The notes beneath the pieces are model-generated. The model did not search any database. It was not told the DNA's origin and saw only the letters and a program-made list of their open reading frames with translations. A stretch of 64,000 bases of DNA from an uncultured Chloroflexia bacterium (lineage in GTDB: Bacteria; Chloroflexota; Limnocylindria; Limnocylindrales; CSP1-4), in the NCBI GenBank assembly GCA_963833225.1, contig CAWHXD010000019.1, forward strand, positions 864,001-928,000. The letters run 5' to 3'. Position 1 is the stretch's first letter, and the number at the start of each line of letters is the position of its first letter. A program made the position numbers and the translations under genes. Of this stretch, positions 47,272 to 56,243 are shown piece by piece.

Positions 47272-48459
47272 CTACCGCCGACCGTAGGTCCGGAACACCC
47301 ACCACAGGCCGACGAACACGGCGGCGATCAGGGCGAGCCCGGCGATCCACCAGAAGGCCGGCGTGTCGACCTTGACCCGGATGGTGACGTTGCCGCTCGC
47401 CTCGGCGGCGGTCGCGGTCATGGTGACGTTGTAGTCGCCGGTGATCGCGTCGCCGGTCGGCGTGATCTTGGCCGTGACGGTCGCGCTGTCGCCGGGGGCG
47501 ATCGTCGGCACGCTGTCCTGGTCGAACTCGACCTTCCAGCCGGTGGGGGCACTGGCCGTGGGCTTCACGACGGTGAGGGGTGCCGTCCCGGTGTTGGTGA
47601 ACGTGAGCGGGAAGTCGGTCGTGGTTCCAGCGTTGGCGGTCGTGGACAGGACCGAGTTGGGCGTGGAGACGCTGATGGAGTAGCTGCCGGTCACGGTGAC
47701 CTTGAGGTCCGCCGTGGCGGTCCGGTCGCCGCCGGTCACGGTGACGTTGATGTCCGAGGTGCCCGCGTCGACTCCCGCCGGCGGCGTGGCGGTGACCGTG
47801 ATCGTGGAGGTGCCGCCCGCGGTGACGAGGGTGCTGGTGGCCTGTGCCTGGCTGGCGGGCTTGGCGGTGACGGTCCAGCCGTCGGGCCCGGTGGCCGCGA
47901 TCGCAAACGTGGTCTCGGTGGCAGTGCCGTTGCGGAGCGTGAGGGTGAACGAGAAGGTGCTCGACGCCGGGCCGCGCAGCTCGGGGAAGTCCGAGGTGAG
48001 GGTGACATCGCCGCCCACCTTGGCCTCGGTCCGGACGGTCAGTGGCAGCACCGTTGTGCCCTGCGGTCCCGTGGCCTCGACCCGGAAGGTGGAGGTCCCG
48101 GAGGCGGCGTCCTTGGGGATGGCGACGTTAAGGGTGACGTCGACGGGATTGCCCTTGGTCACGTACGCGCCAGCGACGACCAGGCCACCCCCGGCGAACC
48201 GCGCGGTCCAGCCCGTCGGCACGCCCGCCGCCGCGAGCTTGACCTCGCCGTCCTGGTTGGAGTCGAGCGTCACCTTGAACGAGGCCGTGGATCCAGGCTC
48301 GGCGACGATCGAGGGGAACGGCGTGCTCACGGACAGGCCGGATGCCGCCGCCACCAGCGGGGCGACAGGACCGGCCACCAGGCCGAGGACAGCAAGCAGC
48401 AGGGCGGCCCGGGCCGCAAGGCGCGTACGACCCGGGTTCCGGGAGGCGCGATCCGACAT
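47272..48459 (-). CDS. NEW3-domain (Ig-like) surface protein associated with the ABC system
   Basis: Signal peptide, three P.GW repeats, NTGTAPL, GDY, C-terminal TM ending FRTYGRR. Confidence 0.88.
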   Translation of the reverse strand: MSDRASRNPGRTRLAARAALLLAVLGLVAGPVAPLVAAASGLSVSTPFPSIVAEPGSTASFKVTLDSNQDGEVKLAAAGVPTGWTARFAGGGLVVAGAYVTKGNPVDVTLNVAIPKDAASGTSTFRVEATGPQGTTVLPLTVRTEAKVGGDVTLTSDFPELRGPASSTFSFTLTLRNGTATETTFAIAATGPDGWTVTAKPASQAQATSTLVTAGGTSTITVTATPPAGVDAGTSDINVTVTGGDRTATADLKVTVTGSYSISVSTPNSVLSTTANAGTTTDFPLTFTNTGTAPLTVVKPTASAPTGWKVEFDQDSVPTIAPGDSATVTAKITPTGDAITGDYNVTMTATAAEASGNVTIRVKVDTPAFWWIAGLALIAAVFVGLWWVFRTYGRR

Positions 48460-48608
48460 GGCGTGACTCCGAGGTGTGTCAGGGAGGTGGCTCAAATGCC
48501 CGGCGGCCGCCAGCGTGGCGTGCCGGGCCATGTGGAGGATGATATGGCGGATCACCTGAGAGGCTGCTGAGAGCCGGCGGTCCGCGCGCGGGTCGGACCA
48601 GGGAACGG

Positions 48609-51455
48609 TCAGACCGGCGGCGGTGTCGGCGTCGGCGTGGCCGGTGTCGGCGTCGGCGTGGCCGGTGTCGGCGTTGGCGTGGCGGGCTTGGGCGTCGGCG
48701 TGGCCGGTGGCGGCGTCGGCGTCGGCGTGGCCGGTGGCGGCGTCGGTGTGGCCGGTGGCGGGCTGGGCGTGTCCGTCGGGGACGGCTCGGTCGAGGCGGA
48801 CTCGGACGGTGACGGGCACACGATCGGCGTGGCCAGCGGGTCCACGGTGGCCAGCGGATCCACAGTCGCCAGCGGATCCGGCGGGGCGCACGGGTCGACC
48901 GTCGGGCTGGGCGTGGGCGTGGCGCACCCGGAACCCTCACCGAGCAGCGGTCCCCACGAGCGGCCGTACGGCGTGAACACGCCGTTGTAGAAGTACGCGG
49001 TGCGGGTGCCTTTGGGGCCGCCGGCACGCCCCGGGCCCTTGGCGGCCCGCGCCAGCCAGCCGCGGTCGGCCTCCAGCCAGTTGGCGTGCTCGCTCTCGAA
49101 GCCGGCCACCGCAAGCACGGGCTCGCCGCAGCGCTGGTCCGCGGGCAGGGCACCGCCGGGCGCCGTGCCGGGCAGGAACAGCTCGGTCACGCCGTTGCCG
49201 CCGGTGGCCCGCAGCCCCGTCCATGGATCCACTGCCACCGCCTGGAGGGAGCCTGGCACCTTGAAGCCGTTCACGGACCAGCCCTTCGTCGCCTCCTGCA
49301 GGAAGCCCTGCCAGACGTAGGTCGACACGTCGATCGAGAACACCGGGTGGGCGGCCGTGGACACCAGCGAGTTGTCGGAGTTGCCGTTCCAGACACCAAC
49401 GGCCAGCGCGTACTCGCCCTGCTTCCGCTCGGCCTTGCTGGGCGCCCCGATGTAGCCGTAGGCGTTGAGGTCGCGGGCATCGTTGTTGGTGCCGGTCTTG
49501 AGCGTGGCCGGCCGTCGCTTGCCGCCGTCGGTGATCCGGAACTGGCCCCAGTACGGGTTCTGTGAGGGATCCGTGTTGCCGGCCAGGATGTCGGTCATGA
49601 TGCCCGCGGTTCCCTCGTCGATGGCCTGCGTGGTCACGCGGCTGGCGGCGTCGTCGAGGATCGAGGTCCCCGTGTTGTCGACCACGTCGATGATCGTCGT
49701 CTGGGGCACCAGCTTGCCGCCGTTCGCGAGGACGCCGTAGGCACGCACGAGGTCCTTGGGATGGACCTCCTCGACACCCAGGGCAAAGGCGAGGCCGGCA
49801 TCGGTCGGGCCGCCGGCGAACGTGACCCCCATGGACTCGGCCTTGGCCTGGATCGTGTTGGTGCCGATGACGGCGACGGCCTTGACCGCGGGGATGTTGA
49901 GCGAGAAGCGCAGGGCGTCGCGCATGCGGACCGGCCCACGCTCCAGCGGGTCCGCGTCCTGGGGCGTGTACCCGCCGCCGAAGTCCGTGACCACGTCCAT
50001 GAACATGGTGGCGCCGGTGATGACCTTGGCGTCGATGCCGGTGGCGTACACGACCGGCTTGAACGCGGACCCGGGCTGGCGCCAACCGTCGGCGAGCACG
50101 TCGAACCGTGGCTGGAACCGTTTCGTGGCCCTGGTCGCGGTGGGATCGGCCGAGCCCTGGTAGGCCACGATCTCGCCGGTCTGGTAGTCCATCGCGATCA
50201 GGGCGCTGTTGCGCAGGCTCTTGTTGGCGAGGTTGGCCATCCACGGCTCGTAGCTGAGCCCGAGGGCCCGCGCGGTCGCCTTGGGGTTCTTGGCCTTGGG
50301 CACGATCGCGGCCGCCTTGACCCACTTCTCGGCGATGCCCTGGAGGCGCATGTCGATGGTCGAGGTGATGGTGAGACCGCCGCGCTCGAGGACGGGACAG
50401 GTCTCCGCCTCATCGCCGCACAGGCGGGTCGTCAGCTCGCGCCGGACCTGCCACACGAACTGGGGAACCTTCCACTGGTTCGAGCGCTGGGGCGCGAGCA
50501 TCACCTTCTCGGCCTTGGCGGCCGCGAAGTCGTCGGCGGTGAGCAGTCCGCCGGTCAGCGGCGTGCCTCCAGGGGCGGCCATCTGGTCGAGCACCAGGTT
50601 GCGCCGGATGACGATCGTCGAGTCGGCCGGCACGACGAGCTGGGTCTCGTCGCAGGTCTCCGGGTCGGCGGCCGGATCCACGCACTCGGTGACCGCGTTC
50701 GCGACGAGGTCGTAGGTGGACGGCGACTTGGGGAGCGCCGCGATGATCGCGGCCTGCGCGAGCGTGAGGTCCTGCAGCGCCACCCCGAAGTAGCCCCTGG
50801 CCGCGGCCGCCACCCCGTACGAGTCGTTGCCGTAGTAGTTCTGGTTGAGGTAGGCGGCCAGGATCCGCTGTTTGCCCGCCTCGCCCGGGTAGGCCTGCGT
50901 GACCCGGATCGACTGGATGATCTCGCGCAGCTTGCGGCTTGCCGTGACCTGGGTCTGGGCGCTGCTGTCCTCGGTCAGCAGCCGCTGGCGGACCAGCTGC
51001 TGGGTGATCGTGGACGCGCCTCGCGGGCGCCCGCGGATGGCGTCCAGTCCCGCGGCGATGATCCCGACCGGGTCGAACCCGCTGTTCTCCCAGAACGTGC
51101 GGTCCTCGATGGCGGTTGTCGCGTCAGCCAGGATCGGCGGCACGTCCGCGAAGGAGACCACGAGGCGGTTGAACTCCCCGAAGCGGGCGAGCTCCACGGT
51201 GCCGGTGCGGTCGTACACGACCGACTGCTCGGGCAGCTCGATGCGTTCCAGGACGCCCGGTTCCGGCAGGTCCGCGGCCAGCGAGGTGTAGGTGGTGACC
51301 GCGAACGCCGCCCCCGTGACCCCGAGGGCGACGAAGGCGGCGAAGACCACGAGGCCCATGGTCGCCGCAACGCCGATCCCCGAGCGTCGTCGGCGGGGCC
51401 GGTCATCGGAACGGCGATCGTCGGAAAACGGGTAGCCGCCCGGGTCGTAGCTCAT
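48609..51455 (-). CDS. Class A penicillin-binding protein (transglycosylase/transpeptidase) with Pro/Thr tail
   Basis: EDRTF, GASTITQQL, RKLRE, YLN; RQPGSAFK, SLN, KTGT; PATPTPT repeats at the C-terminus. Confidence 0.93.
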   Translation of the reverse strand: MSYDPGGYPFSDDRRSDDRPRRRRSGIGVAATMGLVVFAAFVALGVTGAAFAVTTYTSLAADLPEPGVLERIELPEQSVVYDRTGTVELARFGEFNRLVVSFADVPPILADATTAIEDRTFWENSGFDPVGIIAAGLDAIRGRPRGASTITQQLVRQRLLTEDSSAQTQVTASRKLREIIQSIRVTQAYPGEAGKQRILAAYLNQNYYGNDSYGVAAAARGYFGVALQDLTLAQAAIIAALPKSPSTYDLVANAVTECVDPAADPETCDETQLVVPADSTIVIRRNLVLDQMAAPGGTPLTGGLLTADDFAAAKAEKVMLAPQRSNQWKVPQFVWQVRRELTTRLCGDEAETCPVLERGGLTITSTIDMRLQGIAEKWVKAAAIVPKAKNPKATARALGLSYEPWMANLANKSLRNSALIAMDYQTGEIVAYQGSADPTATRATKRFQPRFDVLADGWRQPGSAFKPVVYATGIDAKVITGATMFMDVVTDFGGGYTPQDADPLERGPVRMRDALRFSLNIPAVKAVAVIGTNTIQAKAESMGVTFAGGPTDAGLAFALGVEEVHPKDLVRAYGVLANGGKLVPQTTIIDVVDNTGTSILDDAASRVTTQAIDEGTAGIMTDILAGNTDPSQNPYWGQFRITDGGKRRPATLKTGTNNDARDLNAYGYIGAPSKAERKQGEYALAVGVWNGNSDNSLVSTAAHPVFSIDVSTYVWQGFLQEATKGWSVNGFKVPGSLQAVAVDPWTGLRATGGNGVTELFLPGTAPGGALPADQRCGEPVLAVAGFESEHANWLEADRGWLARAAKGPGRAGGPKGTRTAYFYNGVFTPYGRSWGPLLGEGSGCATPTPSPTVDPCAPPDPLATVDPLATVDPLATPIVCPSPSESASTEPSPTDTPSPPPATPTPPPATPTPTPPPATPTPKPATPTPTPATPTPTPATPTPTPPPV

Positions 51456-51500
51456 GGCTGGGAGTGTGCGGTGAAACGGCGGATCGTGCCACCGGGACCG

Positions 51501-52049
51501 CTACGGCGTGTCGAGATCGAACACCAGCTCGTCGCCATCGATCTCGTCCACCTGCGTGCCGACCTGTCGGAAGCCGAACGAGCGGACGATCGCGAGCGAG
51601 GCCACGTTGTCCGGGGCGACCGAGGCGCGGAAGTGGTGGGTCCCCATCGACTCTGCCCACGCGAGCAGCGCGCCGACGCACTCGGTCGCGACGCCGCGCC
51701 GCCGGAACGCGGCCTCCACGCGATAGCCGATCTCCACCCGGCCGGTCTCGTCCGGCGGCGCGTGGAACCCGATCGTGCCGATCACCTCGCGACGACCGTC
51801 GGGGTGGGTCATCACGATGGACCGACCCAGCCACGGCTGGCTCGCGGGGTCGGCCTTGACGGCCGGGATCCGGTAGGCGAGGAAGTTGGCAAGATCCTCG
51901 CGCATCCCGCTCGAAAGCTCGGCACCCAATTCGCGGGCGGCCGAGTCGAGGTCGCCCGCGGCGAGGGCCTGCATGAACGCGAGCGACATCGACACGAGCT
52001 CGAACCGCGCGGTTCGGATCGCGGGGACGCGGGGCGGGCGTGACTCCAT
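51501..52049 (-). CDS. GNAT (RimJ/RimL-like) acetyltransferase
   Basis: IGTIGFH, VEIGY, RRRGVATE, DNVAS. Confidence 0.88.
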   Translation of the reverse strand: MESRPPRVPAIRTARFELVSMSLAFMQALAAGDLDSAARELGAELSSGMREDLANFLAYRIPAVKADPASQPWLGRSIVMTHPDGRREVIGTIGFHAPPDETGRVEIGYRVEAAFRRRGVATECVGALLAWAESMGTHHFRASVAPDNVASLAIVRSFGFRQVGTQVDEIDGDELVFDLDTP

Positions 52050-52073
52050 GCCGGCGAGGATACCGGCCGCGAC

Positions 52074-52646
52074 TCACGGATTCGAGGGGCTGATCGATCG
52101 GACCCCCGGGTCCGACGTCCTGACTGTCAGCGACTTCCGGTAGCGGATCTCCACGACCTCGCGGCCGCCGATCTCGACCGTCTTGGCCCGGCCGTCGGCC
52201 AGCCACCCGCTCGCCTCGTAGAAGGCGCGGCCGCGCGTGTTGTCCCGCAGCACCCACAGCAGCGCCTCGCGGAACCCGGCCTCGACGAGCAGGGCCTCGG
52301 CCCTCGCCATCAGCACGGAGCCCACGCCGGATCGCCAGCGCTCCGGCGACACGTACAGGGCCTGGACCTCGCCCAATCCGGGGAGGTCCTCGTCGCGGCA
52401 CGGGCTGATGCTGACCATCCCCACCACGCGGTCGTCATCGACGGCGATCCAGGTGGCCGGGTCCCCGGGGCCCAGGCGGTCGAAGGTGTACCGCGCTGCC
52501 CGGGCAGCCACGTCCATCGCGTCGAGGAACGGATCAGGGACGACGCCCCGGTATGCCGTCTGCCACGTTGCGACATGCATCCGGGCCACCGCGAGCGCGT
52601 CCGCGCCGGTTGCTCGCCGCAGCGTCGGGGGAACCGGCTTCGTCAT
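52074..52646 (-). CDS. GNAT family N-acetyltransferase
   Basis: HVATWQTAYRG, ALYVSPERWRSGVG, LWVLRDN, FYEASGW; start MTKP. Confidence 0.88.
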   Translation of the reverse strand: MTKPVPPTLRRATGADALAVARMHVATWQTAYRGVVPDPFLDAMDVAARAARYTFDRLGPGDPATWIAVDDDRVVGMVSISPCRDEDLPGLGEVQALYVSPERWRSGVGSVLMARAEALLVEAGFREALLWVLRDNTRGRAFYEASGWLADGRAKTVEIGGREVVEIRYRKSLTVRTSDPGVRSISPSNP

Positions 52647-52710
52647 GCCCGCATTGTCCCCGAACAGCAATGCAGGGTGGCAGCGTTGACGCCGCCACCC
52701 TGCGAATCCG

Positions 52711-52751
52711 GGGTGAGCCGGGATCAGGTGAGCCGAGATCAGGTGAGGCGG
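52711..52751. repeat. 15-bp tandem repeat (about 2.7 copies) overlapping the stop of the small gene
   Basis: gggtgagccgggatc aggtgagccgagatc aggtgaggcgg. Confidence 0.65.
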
Positions 52752-52973
52752 ACCCAGCGGACCGGGGTCTCGACAAGCTCGCGGTACTGCTCGCGCAGGT
52801 CCACCTCGGAGTGCCGCGAGGGCACCTGCGCCCGGGTGATCCGGGCCGGCCCTCGGCGCGGGTCCGCGCGAGGAGCCTGATCCGGCGGATGGCGGACCAA
52901 CCGGCCGCCCGACCAGCTCATGGCGCAGGATCGCCAGGATCTTGTTGCCCGCTACTGCGTTCGTGCCGACCAT
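52739..52973 (-). CDS. Small hypothetical protein (about 77 aa, apparent frameshift)
   Basis: GGAGG RBS, MVGTNAVAGNKILAILRHELVG then ..SEVDLREQYRELVETPVRWVRLT in another frame; faces the MarR operators. Confidence 0.5.
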
Positions 52974-53008
52974 CTGTCCTGTCCTCCGTCGCTTCCGGGC
53001 GACATCGC

Positions 53009-53110
53009 TCTTGATGTCAAGACTCTTTATGTCGAACTTGTATGGCCGTACAGTAGCGCCTAGATACTTTGATGTCAAGAGGTATGACCAAGAGAATCTT
53101 GACATCGTGC
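53009..53110. promoter_or_regulatory. Four TCTTGA-NN-TCAAGA-type operators in an AT-rich divergent promoter
   Basis: TCTTGATGTCAAGA 53009, TCTTTATGTCGAAC 53024, CTTTGATGTCAAGA 53067, TCTTGACATCGTGC 53097; TTGACA 53099 and GATACT 53121. Confidence 0.8.
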
Positions 53111-53133
53111 CGTGAACGTGGATACTCGGTGGC

Positions 53134-53694
53134 ATGGACGAAGAGCGGGACTGGCTGGACGAGTCGCTGATCGTGTGGGCGCGCGAGATCCCGGACCTCA
53201 ACTCGCTCACGGAGGCCATCGTCGAGCGCATCCAGATCCTGTCCAAGTCATTCGACCGATCGTTGGAGGAGACGCTCCAGGCGTCCGGGCTGGACCACCG
53301 GTCCTACCATCTCCTCGGGCGGCTGCGCAGCTACGGCGCGCCGTATCGACGATCCCCGGGCCAGCTCGCCGCCGACATGCACCTCTCCAGCGGCGCGATG
53401 ACCAACCGGCTCGACCGCATGGAGGAGGCCGGCCTCATCCGGCGTCTGCCTGACCCGTCCGACCGGCGCGGCACCCTGGTCGAGCCGACGGAGTCCGGCA
53501 ACGCGACCTGGGACCAGACGACCGGCACGCAGGCTCGGCGCGAGGCGATGATCGCGTCGGTCCTCACGCCGGATGAGCGCGAGGAGCTCCATCGGCTGCT
53601 GCGACGCCTGATGCGCGCCTTCCCGGACAAGGAGCACCCGGTTGCGGGCCCGGAGGCCGGCGGGTCGGACGCACCGGACGCCTCGCGCGACTGA
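53134..53694 (+). CDS. MarR regulator, TamR/PecS (UrtR)-like
   Basis: N-terminal WAREIPDL helix, SPGQLA, SSGAMTNRLDRME, DPSDRRG. Confidence 0.9.
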   Translation: MDEERDWLDESLIVWAREIPDLNSLTEAIVERIQILSKSFDRSLEETLQASGLDHRSYHLLGRLRSYGAPYRRSPGQLAADMHLSSGAMTNRLDRMEEAGLIRRLPDPSDRRGTLVEPTESGNATWDQTTGTQARREAMIASVLTPDEREELHRLLRRLMRAFPDKEHPVAGPEAGGSDAPDASRD

Positions 53695-53848
53695 CGCCCG
53701 GTCGGTCAGGGGCGGTCGATCCGCAACAGGAGCCGCGGCCTCCCGCCCCAGTCCCGCTCCAGGACGGAGAACGTGGTCACCCCGGCCGCGGGCGTCAGCG
53801 CCTCGTGAGAACGACCGCGAGATCTGCTCGGACTCGTAGGGCATGTGC

Positions 53849-54805
53849 CTACCACCGGTCTGCCCCGCGGCCGGCCCTGCCGCGCAGGTGAGCGAGCACC
53901 TGCGGATCGATCCAGCCCGGCGCCGCGGTCCGCTCCTCCAGGTTCTCGACCGCCATCCACGCCAGCAGGCGATCCTGCCAGGCGGGATCCCAGCCATCCG
54001 GCAACGGTCGTGGCTCACCGACGCTGGGCCGCGATTCCTCGGGCTCGGCCTCGTCCGGCCACATCGGGACGTAGAGGGAGCTGCCGGCGTTGGCCGGATC
54101 CCAGCCGAGGTGCCCGAGATGGCCGCGGATCTCGGCAGCCAGCGACGCGTCGAGGGCGACGAGGTCGGCGGGTGCCGGCCGGTCGAGGAGCAGGTGCGTG
54201 AGCTGGAGGAGGCGGCCAAGCTCGCCGACCGGGTCCGCGTGGTCGTCCACGCGGAGGTCGATCCAGCGATCGTTGGCGCCGCCATAGCCGCCGCCCTCGC
54301 GCACGATCAGCAGGGCCGCCGACTGACGCCCACGCCGGTCGCCACCCGCCGCATCGGCCGCGGCGAGACAGGTCACCAGGAGCTCGGGGAATGGATGGCC
54401 CGCGGCTTCGAACGTGTCCGCCAGCGCATCGACGACGCCGGCGCCGGCGAGGATGTTGCCCTGGGCCGCGTAGCCGGGTCCGGTTCGGCCGCCCGCCCAG
54501 GCAAAGCACGAGCGGCCCGTGTACGTGGCCGATCCACCGCTCGCGTCCACGATGCCGGCCTGGCGCTGCGATCGGAGCGGGTCTGCCTCGACGAGCGAGG
54601 CGAGGGTGGCTTCCGCGTCGGTTCCGCCCGCGAGCATCGCCAGCCCATCGGGCCCGTAGGTGACGTTCGCGTAGGACTGGGTCGCGATCGCCCCAACGCC
54701 GGCGCGCGCCCACGGCACCACCGATCCCACGGACAGGAACTTGGACTGGACGGCGATGCCTAGGTCGCCGGTGGCGCGGTCCCGCGCAACGATGGAGTAG
54801 GTCAT
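53849..54805 (-). CDS. DUF1028 domain protein (Ntn-hydrolase-like)
   Basis: MTYSIVARD, VGAIATQS, QGNIL, GGDRRGRQSAAL, DLRVDDH. Confidence 0.92.
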   Translation of the reverse strand: MTYSIVARDRATGDLGIAVQSKFLSVGSVVPWARAGVGAIATQSYANVTYGPDGLAMLAGGTDAEATLASLVEADPLRSQRQAGIVDASGGSATYTGRSCFAWAGGRTGPGYAAQGNILAGAGVVDALADTFEAAGHPFPELLVTCLAAADAAGGDRRGRQSAALLIVREGGGYGGANDRWIDLRVDDHADPVGELGRLLQLTHLLLDRPAPADLVALDASLAAEIRGHLGHLGWDPANAGSSLYVPMWPDEAEPEESRPSVGEPRPLPDGWDPAWQDRLLAWMAVENLEERTAAPGWIDPQVLAHLRGRAGRGADRW

Positions 54806-54904
54806 GGCGGGTGCCTCCTTGGCGGCCAGCGTAGCGCGCCGGGTGGGGGAGACGGACGAGCCGCACGCGTCGATCGCGGGCGGCTCGCCTGACTGCGCGA
54901 GATG

Positions 54905-54953
54905 GGCGGGTCGATGCCCGCGTGGCTGCAGGGTCCGGCGGGTCGATGCCCGC
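54905..54953. repeat. Duplicated 17-bp hairpin element GGCGGGTCGATGCCCGC
   Basis: Identical copies at 54905 and 54937, each GCGGG-6 nt-CCCGC. Confidence 0.7.
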
Positions 54954-54958
54954 CTCGA

Positions 54959-55343
54959 TCAGCTCCTCGCCAGCGAGTCCCGGATCTGGGTCAGCAGCTT
55001 GACCTCGTCGGACGGCTCCGCGGGCGCTGCCGGCTCCTCCTTGATCAGCGGCCCTCCCGATCAGGAACACGACCAGCGCGACCACCACGAACACGATCAC
55101 GACCTGGATGAAGTTGCCCCAGCGGATCGCGACCTCCGTGGCCGCATCGCCACCAACCGCCTCCTTGAGCACGATCTTGAGCGCCGTGAAGTCGACGCCG
55201 CCGAGCAGCACGCCGATGGGCGGCATGATGATGTCGGCGACGAGCGAGGACACGACGCTGCCGAGCGCGCCGCCGATGATCACGCCGATGGCCAGCGCGA
55301 GCGCATTCGTCTTGGTCAGGAACGCCATGAACTCCTTGAGCAC
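54959..55343 (-). CDS. mscL: Large-conductance mechanosensitive channel (frameshift near 55050)
   Basis: MLKEFMAF..ALAIGVIIG..SSLVADIIMP..GGVDF..WGNFI, then EVKLLTQIRDSL in another frame. Confidence 0.92.
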
Positions 55344-55359
55344 CGTGTATCACCCTCCC

Positions 55360-55908
55360 TCAGGTGGCCGCATGACCGGGCATGCGGCCGTACAGGTCAA
55401 ACCTTATGGTGCCTCGCGCACCTCGGCCAGTTCGCGCACACTCGGTCATCCCCAGCACCCCGAGCAGGCGATCCACGAACGTCGCCTGGGCCGGATTGAG
55501 CCGCCGCCTCGCCTCGGAGGGGCTGGCCCACAGCACCCGATCGATCTCCGGGACGCTGATCATGCGGCCGGACCGCGGTGGCCACTCGACCTCGGCCCGC
55601 ATGCTCACGAGCCGGCCTGGGTCCAGGTCGCCCTCCTGGGCGAAGGCATGGACGACCTTGCCCGAGCGCATCCGGACCTCGCCCAGATCCTGCACCTCGC
55701 CGTCGGGCGGCCGCTGTCCGGTCTCTTCCTCGAATTCGCGCCTCGCCGCCGCGAGCAGCTTCTCGTCGGGGAGCGGTGCGCCCTTGGGGAGCGACCAGGC
55801 GCCGGCGTCGCGACGTGCCCAGACGGGGCCGCCGGGGTGGGCGACCAGGACCTCGAGCCCGTCGGCGGGGCGACGGTAGAGGAGCAGACCGGCGGACAGC
55901 TTGGCCAT
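55360..55908 (-). CDS. NUDIX hydrolase
   Basis: SAGLLLYR, HPGGP, WSLPKG..AARREFEEETG, EWPPRSG, PEIDR. Confidence 0.9.
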   Translation of the reverse strand: MAKLSAGLLLYRRPADGLEVLVAHPGGPVWARRDAGAWSLPKGAPLPDEKLLAAARREFEEETGQRPPDGEVQDLGEVRMRSGKVVHAFAQEGDLDPGRLVSMRAEVEWPPRSGRMISVPEIDRVLWASPSEARRRLNPAQATFVDRLLGVLGMTECARTGRGARGTIRFDLYGRMPGHAAT

Positions 55909-55942
55909 GGGCTTCCCGATCCTGCGCGGCGCACACGAAAGC

Positions 55943-56121
55943 GCCCGAAGGAACCGTACCGCACCGACTCGCCCACGACACTGCCAAGCAAGCTCGGCCC
56001 TGCCGCAGCGGCTCCAGTCCCACCACCCCTTCGGCCTTGCGGCCTCCGTGGCGGCGGTTCCGGGGACCCGGTCCGATCATCGCTGACCGGTCCGGCGTCG
56101 GTACCACCGGCCCCTTCGGGC
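55943..56121 (-). ncRNA. 179-nt rod-shaped structured RNA, 6S RNA candidate
   Basis: Ends pair (GCCCGAAGG/CCTTCGGGC, GTACCGAC/GTCGGTGC), internal hairpins, dedicated sigma70 promoter placing +1 at the stem's 5' end. Confidence 0.6.
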
Positions 56122-56128
56122 AAACCGA

Positions 56129-56157
56129 ACGATATCGGTCGGGGAGGGAGGTGCCAA
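56129..56157 (-). promoter_or_regulatory. sigma70 promoter of the ncRNA
   Basis: TTGGCA (56157-56152)-17 bp-TATCGT (56134-56129). Confidence 0.7.
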
Positions 56158-56162
56158 CCAGG

Positions 56163-56237
56163 TTGTCCACGAGTTTCGGTCCGGTGACGGCGAAGTTGTC
56201 CACGACTGCGACGCGCGCGTGGACAACCTGTGGACAG
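56163..56237. promoter_or_regulatory. Cluster of four DnaA-box-like 9-mers
   Basis: TTGTCCACG at 56163 and 56196 (+); CGTGGACAA at 56218 and TGTGGACAG at 56229 (reverse orientation). Confidence 0.6.
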
Positions 56238-56243
56238 CCGGCC

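Noticed and set aside
48620-48880. DNA repeats at the 3' end of the PBP gene
   Set aside because: They encode the Pro/Thr linker (PATPTPT, DPLATV), a common low-complexity tail
52074-53246. 390-aa extended GNAT ORF
   Set aside because: Runs through the operator region and antisense MarR; the GNAT has its own -10 and ATG at 52646
55943-56121. Structured RNA as SRP RNA, tmRNA, RNase P RNA or tRNA
   Set aside because: Lacks the SRP GGAA-loop/AGCAG motif, tRNA-like ends and the RNase P GAGGAAAGUCC signature
56163-56237. DnaA boxes as oriC
   Set aside because: No AT-rich unwinding element, only four imperfect boxes, and no dnaA/dnaN nearby
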